The notes under the pieces were generated by a model, which did not search any database, had not been told where the DNA came from, and saw only the letters and a list, made by a program, of their open reading frames with translations. A stretch of DNA of 64,000 nucleotides from a virus (Duplodnaviria > Heunggongvirae > Uroviricota > Caudoviricetes > Herelleviridae): the IMG/VR virus record IMGVR_UViG_2706796071_000001; one strand, written 5' to 3'. Shown here piece after piece: positions 29,871 to 39,008 of this stretch. Every line of letters starts with the position of its first letter. Positions within the stretch are counted from its first letter, which is position 1. Made by a program: the position numbers and the translations under genes.

Positions 29871-31985
29871 ATGGCAACATATGGAAAATGGATTGAGTTA
29901 AATAATGAAATAACTCAATTAGATGACAATGGAAAAAATAAACTCTATAAAGACCAAGAGGCTTTAGATGAGTATTTAAAATATATTGAAGATAATACAA
30001 GAAAGTTTAATAATGAAGTAGAAAGAATTAGAGTATTGACAAAAGAAGGAACATATGATAAAATATTTAACAAAGTTCCCGATACTATTATTGATGAGAT
30101 GACTAAGTTAGCTTATAGTTTTAATTTTAAGTTTCCTAGTTTTATGGCAGGACAGAAGTTCTATGAGTCTTACGCATCAAAACAGTATGACGAGAATAAA
30201 AAACCTATTTTTGTTGAAGACTATGAGCAACATAACGTTCGAGTAGCTTTATATTTATTTCAAGATGATTATGTAAAGGCTAGAGAATTATTAGTACAAC
30301 TTATGGAGCAAACATTCCAACCATCTACGCCTACGTATAATAACTCAGGGCAAGCTAATAGAGGTGAACTAAGTTCATGTTATCTATTTGTAGTAGATGA
30401 TTCAATTGAGTCTCTAAATTTTGTTGAGGATAGTGTAGCTAATGCTAGTTCTAATGGTGGAGGAGTTGCTATTGATTTAACTAGAATTAGACCTAAAGGA
30501 GCTCCAGTACGTAATAGACCTAATTCAAGTAAAGGTGTTATTGCTTTTGCTAAAGCCATTGAGCATAAAGTTAGTATCTATGACCAAGGCGGAGTTAGAC
30601 AAGGTAGTGGTGCAGTATATCTTAATATCTTCCATAATGATATCTTAGATTTATTGAGTTCTAAGAAAATTAATGCTAGTGAATCAGTTAGACTAGATAA
30701 ATTGTCTATTGGTGTTACAATACCTAATAAGTTTATGGAATTAGTTAAAGAAGGTAAACCTTTCTACACGTTTGACACTTATGACATTAACAAAGTATAT
30801 GGTAAATATTTAGATGAATTAAATATTGATGAGTGGTATGAAGAGCTACTAAATAATGATAAGATTGGTAAAGTAAAACATGATGCTAGAGAAGTCATGA
30901 CAGACATTGCTAAAACACAATTAGAATCAGGTTACCCTTATGTATTCTATATTGATAATGCTAATGATAATCACCCTCTTAAAAATCTAGGTAAGGTTAA
31001 AATGAGTAACTTATGTACAGAAATTTCACAATTACAAGAGGTATCAGAAATTTATCCATACTCTTATAGTAATCATAATGTTATTAATAGAGATGTTGTT
31101 TGCACATTAGGTTCTCTTAACTTGGTTAATGTAGTTGAAAAAGGTTTATTGAATGAATCTGTAGATATTGGTACAAGAGCATTAACAAAAGTTACTGATA
31201 TTATGGATTTACCTTACTTACCTAGTGTTCAAAAAGCAAATGATGACATTAGAGCTATCGGATTAGGTTCAATGAATTTACATGGGCTTTTAGCTAAGAA
31301 TATGATTAGTTATGGGTCTAGGGAAGCATTAGACCTCGTAAACAGTTTATATAGCGCTATTAACTTCCAGTCTATTAAGACATCTATGCTAATGGCTAAA
31401 GAAACAGGAAAGCCATTTAAAGGATTTGAAAAATCGGATTACGCTACAGGTGAATACTTTGTAAGATATATTAGAGAGCCTAACCAACCTAAAACAGAAA
31501 AAGCTAAGAAAGTCTTAAACAAGGTTTATATTCCGACACAAGATGATTGGGATGAATTAGCTAAGGCAGTTAAAGTTTATGGATTGTATAACGGATATAG
31601 AAAAGCTGAAGCACCTACTCAATCTATATCATACGTACAGAATGCTACAAGCTCAATTATGCCTGTACCTAGTGCTATAGAGAACAGACAATATGGAGAC
31701 ATGGAAACATACTATCCAATGCCTTATTTAAGCCCGATAACTCAGTTCTTCTATGAAGGAGAAACAGCTTATAAAATTGATAATAAACGTATTATTAATA
31801 CAAGTGCAGTAGTTCAGAAGCATACAGACCAAGCAGTATCTACTATACTTTATGTAGAGTCAGAAATACCGACTAATAAGTTAGTATCCTTATATTACTA
31901 TGCTTGGGAACAAGGATTAAAATCATTATATTATACACGTTCACGTAAACTTTCTGTTATTGAATGTGAAACATGTTCGGTTTAG
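29871..31985 (+). CDS. nrdE: Class Ib ribonucleotide reductase alpha subunit
   Basis: QPSTPT, SSCYL, SNLCTE thiyl Cys, APTQSISY, C-terminal CETC. Confidence 0.95.
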   Translation: MATYGKWIELNNEITQLDDNGKNKLYKDQEALDEYLKYIEDNTRKFNNEVERIRVLTKEGTYDKIFNKVPDTIIDEMTKLAYSFNFKFPSFMAGQKFYESYASKQYDENKKPIFVEDYEQHNVRVALYLFQDDYVKARELLVQLMEQTFQPSTPTYNNSGQANRGELSSCYLFVVDDSIESLNFVEDSVANASSNGGGVAIDLTRIRPKGAPVRNRPNSSKGVIAFAKAIEHKVSIYDQGGVRQGSGAVYLNIFHNDILDLLSSKKINASESVRLDKLSIGVTIPNKFMELVKEGKPFYTFDTYDINKVYGKYLDELNIDEWYEELLNNDKIGKVKHDAREVMTDIAKTQLESGYPYVFYIDNANDNHPLKNLGKVKMSNLCTEISQLQEVSEIYPYSYSNHNVINRDVVCTLGSLNLVNVVEKGLLNESVDIGTRALTKVTDIMDLPYLPSVQKANDDIRAIGLGSMNLHGLLAKNMISYGSREALDLVNSLYSAINFQSIKTSMLMAKETGKPFKGFEKSDYATGEYFVRYIREPNQPKTEKAKKVLNKVYIPTQDDWDELAKAVKVYGLYNGYRKAEAPTQSISYVQNATSSIMPVPSAIENRQYGDMETYYPMPYLSPITQFFYEGETAYKIDNKRIINTSAVVQKHTDQAVSTILYVESEIPTNKLVSLYYYAWEQGLKSLYYTRSRKLSVIECETCSV

Positions 31986-31998
31986 AAAGGAAATAGAT

Positions 31999-33048
31999 AT
32001 GGATATTACACAAAAAGTAAAGCAACATAATAAAAATGCAGTATTAAAAGCAACAAATTGGAATATTGAAGATGACGGGATGTCTGATATTTATTGGGAG
32101 CAAGGAATCTCCCAATTTTGGACTCCTGAAGAGTTTGATGTATCAAGAGATTTAAGTGCCTGGAATAGTTTAACTGAGAGTGAAAAGAACACTTATAAGA
32201 AAGTCCTTGCAGGGCTCACAGGGCTCGATACGAAGCAAGGAGGGGAAGGTATGAACTTAGTATCATACCATGAACCAAGACCTAAATACCAGGCTATATT
32301 TGCGTTTATGGGTGGCATGGAAGAGATACATGCTAAATCTTATAGTCATATCTTTACAACATTATTAAGTAATAAAGAAACAAGTTATTTATTAGATACT
32401 TGGGTTGAAGAGAATGACTTTTTAAAAGTAAAAGCTCAGTTTATTGGATATTACTATGACCAATTATTAAAACCTAATCCTACTGTATTTGATAGATATA
32501 TGGCTAAAGTAGCTAGTGCCTTTTTAGAAAGTGCATTATTTTACTCAGGATTTTATTACCCTTTACTTCTTGCAGGAAGAGGTCAGATGACACAATCAGG
32601 AGCTATTATTTATAAAATTACCCAAGATGAATCTTATCACGGTTCAGCAGTAGGATTAACAGCTCAATATGATTACAATCTTCTAACAGAAGAAGAAAAA
32701 AAATTAGCAGATAGAGAAACTTATGAATTATTAAATATTCTTTATACTAATGAAGTAGCTTATACACATAGTCTATATGACCCGCTAGAGTTAAGTGAAG
32801 ATGTAATTAACTATGTTCAGTATAACTTTAATAGAGCTCTTCAAAATCTTGGAAGAGAAGACTATTTTAATCCTGAACCTTATAACCCTATTGTAGAAAA
32901 TCAAACTAATGTAGACAGATTACGAAATGTTGATTTCTTTAGTGGTAAAGCAGACTATGAAAAATCTACAAATATCAAAGATATTAAAGATGAAGATTTC
33001 TCATTCTTAGATAGTAAAGAGTATAGTACTGCTAAGGAATTCCTATAA
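31999..33048 (+). CDS. nrdF: Class Ib ribonucleotide reductase beta subunit
   Basis: QFWTPEE, EEIHAKSY, DESYH, DFFS; start moved to ATG 31999 behind AAAGGA. Confidence 0.95.
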   Translation: MDITQKVKQHNKNAVLKATNWNIEDDGMSDIYWEQGISQFWTPEEFDVSRDLSAWNSLTESEKNTYKKVLAGLTGLDTKQGGEGMNLVSYHEPRPKYQAIFAFMGGMEEIHAKSYSHIFTTLLSNKETSYLLDTWVEENDFLKVKAQFIGYYYDQLLKPNPTVFDRYMAKVASAFLESALFYSGFYYPLLLAGRGQMTQSGAIIYKITQDESYHGSAVGLTAQYDYNLLTEEEKKLADRETYELLNILYTNEVAYTHSLYDPLELSEDVINYVQYNFNRALQNLGREDYFNPEPYNPIVENQTNVDRLRNVDFFSGKADYEKSTNIKDIKDEDFSFLDSKEYSTAKEFL

Positions 33049-33065
33049 AAAGGAGAAAAGATATT

Positions 33066-33395
33066 ATGGATAGAAAAGAAGCAATGGATTTATTAAGTAA
33101 AACAGAAATATTATTTAAAAAACATGATGAGTTTTCATGTGTGAGTGATATCAATGACCCTATGAAGTTATTTAGTAACTCTAAAGATGTCAAAGCTGAT
33201 GATATGTCTAAGTCTTTTCAGTTAGAGTTTATGCATGATATGACTATGTATACTTTATCTTATGGCTCAGGACAGCTAAAACTAATTGATTTATCAGAAG
33301 GTTATGAAGCACAAAAAGCTACAGTAGTTAACTCATTTCCCGAAATTATTAAAACATTAGAAAAGGATGATTCAGAAGATGGAAAAAATGAATAG
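33066..33395 (+). CDS. Hypothetical protein (109 aa)
   Basis: AAGGAG RBS; within the nrd operon. Confidence 0.75.
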   Translation: MDRKEAMDLLSKTEILFKKHDEFSCVSDINDPMKLFSNSKDVKADDMSKSFQLEFMHDMTMYTLSYGSGQLKLIDLSEGYEAQKATVVNSFPEIIKTLEKDDSEDGKNE

Positions 33396-33699
33396 TTTAG
33401 TAGATTTAAATACAGCAATTAGACAAAAGAAAGATGTTATTGTCATGATTACACAAGATAATTGTGGTAAGTGTGAAATCTTAAAAAGTGTAATCCCTAT
33501 GTTCCAGGATTCAGGGGATATTAAGAAACCTATTTTAACACTTAATTTAGATGCAGAAGATGTAGATAGAGAAAAGGCTGTTAAGTTATTTGATATTATG
33601 AGTACACCAGTATTAATTGGGTATAAAGATGGTCAGTTAGTTAAAAAATATGAAGACCAAGTTACACCAATGCAATTACAAGAATTAGAGTCACTTTAA
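33379..33699 (+). CDS. Thioredoxin/NrdH-like redoxin
   Basis: CGKC active site and STP cis-Pro loop. Confidence 0.85.
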   Translation: MEKMNSLVDLNTAIRQKKDVIVMITQDNCGKCEILKSVIPMFQDSGDIKKPILTLNLDAEDVDREKAVKLFDIMSTPVLIGYKDGQLVKKYEDQVTPMQLQELESL

Positions 33700-33700
33700 T

Positions 33701-33757
33701 TTGGAATTTCCTACTATCTGTGCTATACTATAATAGTACAAGGTAGTAGGATTTTTT
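33701..33757 (+). promoter_or_regulatory. Terminator hairpin containing a promoter -10
   Basis: Stem 33709-33726/33733-33751 plus T-tract; TTGGAA-17bp-TATACT with TG extension. Confidence 0.65.
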
Positions 33758-33776
33758 AATGGAAGGAAGATGACAT

Positions 33777-34502
33777 ATCGCAAAGAATAAAACATTAACG
33801 ATATATAATAGTGATAGATATTTTAATATACACACAAAAGATAAAGATAAAATTAATGAGGCTATTAAAGTCACACACGGTAATGAAGAAGAAATTGAAA
33901 AGAATATGGATGAACTAATATCTAAATCGAGACGATATATTATGAGAGATGAAAATCATTATATGCTATTTAATGAGAAATACAATAATGATAGGCTCAT
34001 AGAGAAAGTATGTAAACATGGTGGTAAAGTTACATACTATACTGATTCAGTATTACCTTATTATGTTTTAAAAGACTTATCTAGTCATCCTGATTCAGAA
34101 GTTGTTTATCGTATGCGTAATGGTTTTACTGCAAAAGAAGTAGATAATATAGCTTTATCATTTATGGGAACAAAAGTTATTATTGATATTTCTGTAGTAT
34201 TTCCTTATGTAAACCCTTATGATATTATTAGAAGTTTACATGATATTAAAACAAATGTAGATGAAGTTCATTTATCATTCCCTCGTATACTAGAAGTAGA
34301 TGAGAAGCAAGAAAAATTTTATTTCTTTGATGGTGAAGCTTATGATTTAAAACCTGAATATAAAGTTGATTTTGCAGATAAAATTAGAGTGTCCCTATCA
34401 GTATGGAAAATGTATATCTATATCTTAACAAGTAGTCGTGATTTTGAAGATGTAGACAATGTAATTACGAAACTAAAACAACAACGAAAGATTAAGATAT
34501 AA
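33777..34502 (+). CDS. Hypothetical protein; ATG ORF starts at 33906 but probably extends to an ATC start at 33777 (241 aa)
   Basis: 43 extra in-frame sense codons; GGAAGGA SD about 9 nt upstream of ATC GCA AAG. Confidence 0.7.
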   Translation: MAKNKTLTIYNSDRYFNIHTKDKDKINEAIKVTHGNEEEIEKNMDELISKSRRYIMRDENHYMLFNEKYNNDRLIEKVCKHGGKVTYYTDSVLPYYVLKDLSSHPDSEVVYRMRNGFTAKEVDNIALSFMGTKVIIDISVVFPYVNPYDIIRSLHDIKTNVDEVHLSFPRILEVDEKQEKFYFFDGEAYDLKPEYKVDFADKIRVSLSVWKMYIYILTSSRDFEDVDNVITKLKQQRKIKI

Positions 34503-34511
34503 GGTGATTAT

Positions 34512-34817
34512 ATGAGTACAGCAAATAGAAGAGATATAGCAAGGAAGATATCAGAGAACACGGGTTATTATATACAAGATGTAGAAGAGATACTAAGTGC
34601 AGAGACAGATGCTATTTCTGACTTACTAGAAGAAGGGTATACTAAAGTAAAGAATCATAAATTTATGCAAATAGAAGTTATTGAAAGAAAAGGTAAAAAA
34701 GCTTGGGATGGGCTGAATAAAGAATATTTCCATTTACCTAATAGAAAAGCTATAAAATTTAAACCACTTAAAGAATTAGAAGAGGTTATTGATAGACTTA
34801 ATGAAGAAGAGAAATAA
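34512..34817 (+). CDS. HU/IHF-like DNA-binding protein
   Basis: IARKISENTG...ERKGKKAWD...PNRKAIKFKP arm motif. Confidence 0.85.
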   Translation: MSTANRRDIARKISENTGYYIQDVEEILSAETDAISDLLEEGYTKVKNHKFMQIEVIERKGKKAWDGLNKEYFHLPNRKAIKFKPLKELEEVIDRLNEEEK

Positions 34818-34862
34818 TTCTCTTCTTTTTTTATTGACAAGATTTAAAATATATGGTATAGT
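34804..34862 (+). promoter_or_regulatory. Terminator followed by sigmaA promoter for DNA polymerase
   Basis: AAGAAGAGAA/TTCTCTTCTT stem, T-tract, TTGACA(34834)-17bp-TATAGT. Confidence 0.85.
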
Positions 34863-34892
34863 ATTATTAAGTTAAAAAAGGAGAGGAATTAA

Positions 34893-37800
34893 ATGAAAGT
34901 ATTAATCTTATTTGACCACATTAGAGAAGAACATTTTTCTGTAAGTAAAGATGGGAGTGTGAAATCTAATGTATTAAATACACCTAATGGAAAAACACTT
35001 AAGAAATTACTTGAGAAGTGTTCTAACTTAAAGAGAGATAAAACAAACAGAGACTATGATATTGATTTTCTCTATAACGCAGTACCTACACCTATTAGAA
35101 ATGATTATGGTAAAATTATTAAATACCAAGATGTTAAACAAGCAGAAGTAAAACCATATTATGAAAGAATGAATAACATTATTATTGATAACTCCTATGA
35201 TATGATAATTCCCGTAGGTAAATTAGGTGTTAAATATTTATTAAATGTTACAGCTATCGGTAAAGTAAGAGGGGTACCAAGTAAAGTAACAATTGAAAAT
35301 GAAACATCTTCTCATGATGTATGGGTATTACCTACGTATAGTATTGAATACACTAATGTAAATAAAAATAGTGAACGTCATGTTGTATCAGATTTACAAA
35401 CAGTAGGTAAGTTTGTAGAACAAGGTGAGGAAGCATTTAAACCTAAAGAAGTATCTTACGAATTAGTAGATAACATTGAAAGAGTAAGGGAAATATTTAA
35501 TAAGGAAGTAAAGAATGATAATTATGATGGTGTAGATATCACCGCATGGGACTTAGAGACTAACTCATTAAAGCCTGATAAGGAAGGAAGTAAACCGTTA
35601 GTATTATCTCTATCATGGAGAAATGGTCAAGGTGTGACTATACCTTTATACAAATCGGACTTTAATTGGGAAAATGGTCAAGAAGATATTGATGAAGTAC
35701 TAGAATTACTTAAGAATTGGTTAGCTAGTAAAGAAGATATTAAGGTGGCACATAATGGTAAATATGATATTAAATTTTTAATGAGTACTGAGAACTTTAA
35801 AGATTTTGAGAGTATTCAAGATACTAAAGTAGGTTGGTATTTAGCTGTCACACAAGAAGTTAAAGAATCTTTGAGATTATCTGACTTAGCTTACGAGGTA
35901 ACAGATGTCGGAGGTTACGATAAACCATTAGAAGATTTTAAATTATGGTTTGTTACTAAGTTATTAAGATTTTTCTCTGATAAAATTAAGGAAATACAGA
36001 AAGAAAATAAAAAAATTGCTAAGAAAGAGTATGATGTTAAAGCTCCTGAATACAAAGAGTGGCTAGATACTAAATTAAATGAAACAGTAGTAGAACTAGA
36101 TGATACTGAAAAGAGATTTAGAGTTAGTGAATTAGAGAAAAAATATATTCAGTTAGGTCTTTCACCTGAAATTGTAAACATGAATTTAGTTATGAACAAC
36201 GATGAATTTATTAGTATTGCAGAACAATCACCTGAATACATGGGATTATCTGATTACGCTAAATCTTACACACTGAATACTGCAATTGATTTAATTAACA
36301 AGTATAGAGATGTAAAAGATGTAGTTAATGATATTGATGGAGGTAACTTTAACTATGACTGGTTCCCTATTGAACTAATGCATCCATATGCATCAGGAGA
36401 CACAGATGTATGTAGAAGAATTCATTGTGATGTTGTTAAAAAACTTAAAGAGCAAGATAGACCTAAGTCAATGCACTTATTAGAAGTTAACTACCCAAGA
36501 CTTACTAAATCATTAGCTAGAATTGAATCAAATGGTTTATATTGTGACTTAAATTACATGAAAGAAAATGATGAGTCATACGAATCTGAGATGGCTAAGA
36601 ACCACGCTACTATGAGAGAACACTGGGCTGTTAAAGAATTTGAAGAGTATCAGTATAACCTTTACCAAATGGCGTTAGAAGAGCATGAGAAAAAGCCAAA
36701 AGACAGAGACAAAGATATTCATCAGTATAGAGATAAGTTTAAAGATGGTAAATGGATGTTTTCTCCTAGTTCAGGAGACCATAAAGGTAGAGTAATTTAT
36801 GATATTCTAGGAATTCAGTTACCTTATGATAAAGAGTATGTTAAAGAAAAACCATTTAACGCTAATGTTAAAGAAGCAGACCTTACTTGGCAGGATTATA
36901 AAACAGATAAGAAAGCTATTGGTTATGCATTAGATAACTTAGAATTAAAAGATGATGTTAAAGAACTTCTTGAATTACTTAAATATCATGCTAGTATGCA
37001 GACAAAACGTAACTCATTTACTAAGAAATTACCTAATATGATTAATAAACAAAAACGAACATTACATGGTTCTTTTTCTGAGACAGGTACAGAGACATCA
37101 AGATTAAGTAGTAGTAATCCTAACTTACAAAACTTACCTGCTCATACATCAGATGTGAACAAGTTTGATTATAAACATCCAATTAAACGTTCATTTGTTT
37201 CTAGATTTGAAAATGGAGTACTACTAGGAGCCGACTATAGTGCCCTAGAGATGCGTATTATTGGATTATTTACTAAAGACCCTGATATGCTACAATCATT
37301 CTTAAATGGTGAGGATATTCATAAGGCTACGGCAAGTATTGTTTATAATAAACCAGTAGAAGAAGTAACTAAAGAAGAGAGACAAGCAACTAAAGCAGTT
37401 AACTTCGGATTAGCCTTTGGTGAATCACCATTCTCATTTGCAGGTAAAAATAATATGGAAGTAAGTGAAGCAGAAGAAATATTTGAAAAATATTTCCAAA
37501 CAAAACCAAGTGTAAAAACTTCTATTGACAATGTACATGAATTTGTGCAACAATATGGTTATGTCGATACAATGCACGGACATAGAAGATTTATCCGCTC
37601 AGCTCAATCAACAGATAAAAAAATAAAAAATGAAGGTTTAAGACAATCATTTAATACCATTATCCAAGGCTCAGGTAGTTTCTTGACAAATATGTCTTTA
37701 ACTTACTTAGATGACTTTATTCAGTCTCGTAACTTGAAATCAAAAGTTATTGCCACAGTACACGATAGTATCTTAATTGATTGCCCTCCTGAAGAGGCTA

Positions 37801-38111
37801 AGATTATGGCTAAAGTGACAATTCATATTATGGAGAATTTACCGTTTGATTTCTTAAAAGCAGAAATTGATGGAAAAGAGGTACAATATCCAATAGAAGC
37901 TGATATGGAAATTGGTTTAAATTATAATGATATGGTTGAATACGATGAAGAAGAAATTGATACATTTAATTCTTACCAAGGTTATATTAAATATATGATG
38001 AACTTACAAACTTTAGAAGATTATAAAGAGTCAGGTAAATTAACTGATGAACAATTTGAAAAAGCTACTAATGTTGTTAAAAGTGAAAAACATATCTATC
38101 AAGAAATTTAA
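34893..38111 (+). CDS. polA: Family A DNA polymerase with N-terminal UDG-like domain and 3'-5' exonuclease; uninterrupted
   Basis: ExoI WDLET, ExoII HNGKYD, ExoIII YASGD; TGTETSRLSSSNPNLQN; motif A DYSALEMR; motif B KAVNFG; motif C VHDS. Confidence 0.95.
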   Translation: MKVLILFDHIREEHFSVSKDGSVKSNVLNTPNGKTLKKLLEKCSNLKRDKTNRDYDIDFLYNAVPTPIRNDYGKIIKYQDVKQAEVKPYYERMNNIIIDNSYDMIIPVGKLGVKYLLNVTAIGKVRGVPSKVTIENETSSHDVWVLPTYSIEYTNVNKNSERHVVSDLQTVGKFVEQGEEAFKPKEVSYELVDNIERVREIFNKEVKNDNYDGVDITAWDLETNSLKPDKEGSKPLVLSLSWRNGQGVTIPLYKSDFNWENGQEDIDEVLELLKNWLASKEDIKVAHNGKYDIKFLMSTENFKDFESIQDTKVGWYLAVTQEVKESLRLSDLAYEVTDVGGYDKPLEDFKLWFVTKLLRFFSDKIKEIQKENKKIAKKEYDVKAPEYKEWLDTKLNETVVELDDTEKRFRVSELEKKYIQLGLSPEIVNMNLVMNNDEFISIAEQSPEYMGLSDYAKSYTLNTAIDLINKYRDVKDVVNDIDGGNFNYDWFPIELMHPYASGDTDVCRRIHCDVVKKLKEQDRPKSMHLLEVNYPRLTKSLARIESNGLYCDLNYMKENDESYESEMAKNHATMREHWAVKEFEEYQYNLYQMALEEHEKKPKDRDKDIHQYRDKFKDGKWMFSPSSGDHKGRVIYDILGIQLPYDKEYVKEKPFNANVKEADLTWQDYKTDKKAIGYALDNLELKDDVKELLELLKYHASMQTKRNSFTKKLPNMINKQKRTLHGSFSETGTETSRLSSSNPNLQNLPAHTSDVNKFDYKHPIKRSFVSRFENGVLLGADYSALEMRIIGLFTKDPDMLQSFLNGEDIHKATASIVYNKPVEEVTKEERQATKAVNFGLAFGESPFSFAGKNNMEVSEAEEIFEKYFQTKPSVKTSIDNVHEFVQQYGYVDTMHGHRRFIRSAQSTDKKIKNEGLRQSFNTIIQGSGSFLTNMSLTYLDDFIQSRNLKSKVIATVHDSILIDCPPEEAKIMAKVTIHIMENLPFDFLKAEIDGKEVQYPIEADMEIGLNYNDMVEYDEEEIDTFNSYQGYIKYMMNLQTLEDYKESGKLTDEQFEKATNVVKSEKHIYQEI

Positions 38112-38119
38112 TAAAAGTA

Positions 38120-38148
38120 TTGACAATATGTTTAACTTATGTTATACT
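38120..38148 (+). promoter_or_regulatory. SigmaA-type promoter
   Basis: TTGACA-17bp-TATACT. Confidence 0.8.
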
Positions 38149-38180
38149 ATATAGGTAATAAGTATAAGGAGGAAAAAAGA

Positions 38181-38423
38181 GTGAATACAGGAGAGATTAG
38201 ATTTAATCGTTCTATGGATGAATGGATTATAACAAGTATGTACCAAGATGAATTAGGTGAAATGAATATTGTTGTTACATTCTATAATAGAGAAGAAGAT
38301 AAACATGGCTCTACAGTTTTACCGACAGAATCATCTACTGGAGAAGTAGCAGAAGAATTAGCAAGTCTTGAAGAAGAATATCCTTTAGCTTTACCTTTAA
38401 GTAGTATTTCAGTTAATATTTAA
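38181..38423 (+). CDS. Hypothetical protein (80 aa, GTG start)
   Basis: AAGGAGG RBS before GTG 38181. Confidence 0.75.
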   Translation: MNTGEIRFNRSMDEWIITSMYQDELGEMNIVVTFYNREEDKHGSTVLPTESSTGEVAEELASLEEEYPLALPLSSISVNI

Positions 38424-38439
38424 AAGGAGGAACTGATAA

Positions 38440-38922
38440 ATGGAGATATACATTGATTCCCTAGATTTTACAAATTTTACTATTAAAGATAGAAATGGGA
38501 ACTCACAAGAGTTTGATATTACAGATGAATTAAAGATTACAGAGTATACAATACAAGAAGATTTTATGCAACAATCAGCTAAGTACGCTTTTTGGGCTTC
38601 TATATTAGAGAAGGTCAGAGCATATTCTGAAATGGAGCAAAGAAACCTAGAAACAATTGGTAGTAAGCTAAACCTTACAATTAGACAAGAGTATGAACAA
38701 CAAGGTAAAAAGCCTACTAAAGATATGATTGAGTCTAGTGTGTATATTCATGATTCCTATCAACAACAACTTAAAGTTGTTGAGGCTTGGAATTATAAAG
38801 TTAAACAACTTCAATATGTTGTAAAAGCTTTTGAAACAAGAAGAGATATGATGATTCAATTAGGTGCAGAGTTACGACAAACAAATAAAAATGGTGGAAT
38901 TACTAACCCATTTTCACATTAA
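38440..38922 (+). CDS. Putative UvsY-like recombination mediator
   Basis: Long helical protein (Q.AKYAFWASILE...KVKQLQYVVKAFETRRDM) adjacent to SSB and RecA. Confidence 0.45.
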   Translation: MEIYIDSLDFTNFTIKDRNGNSQEFDITDELKITEYTIQEDFMQQSAKYAFWASILEKVRAYSEMEQRNLETIGSKLNLTIRQEYEQQGKKPTKDMIESSVYIHDSYQQQLKVVEAWNYKVKQLQYVVKAFETRRDMMIQLGAELRQTNKNGGITNPFSH

Positions 38923-38943
38923 AAAATAAAGTAAAGAATATAA

Positions 38944-38972
38944 TTGACAAATATAAAAAACTATGTTATAAT
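38944..38972 (+). promoter_or_regulatory. Consensus sigmaA promoter
   Basis: TTGACA-17bp-TATAAT with TGT extension. Confidence 0.88.
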
Positions 38973-39008
38973 AAATAAGTAAATTAATTAAAAGGAGAAA
39001 AGATAATT

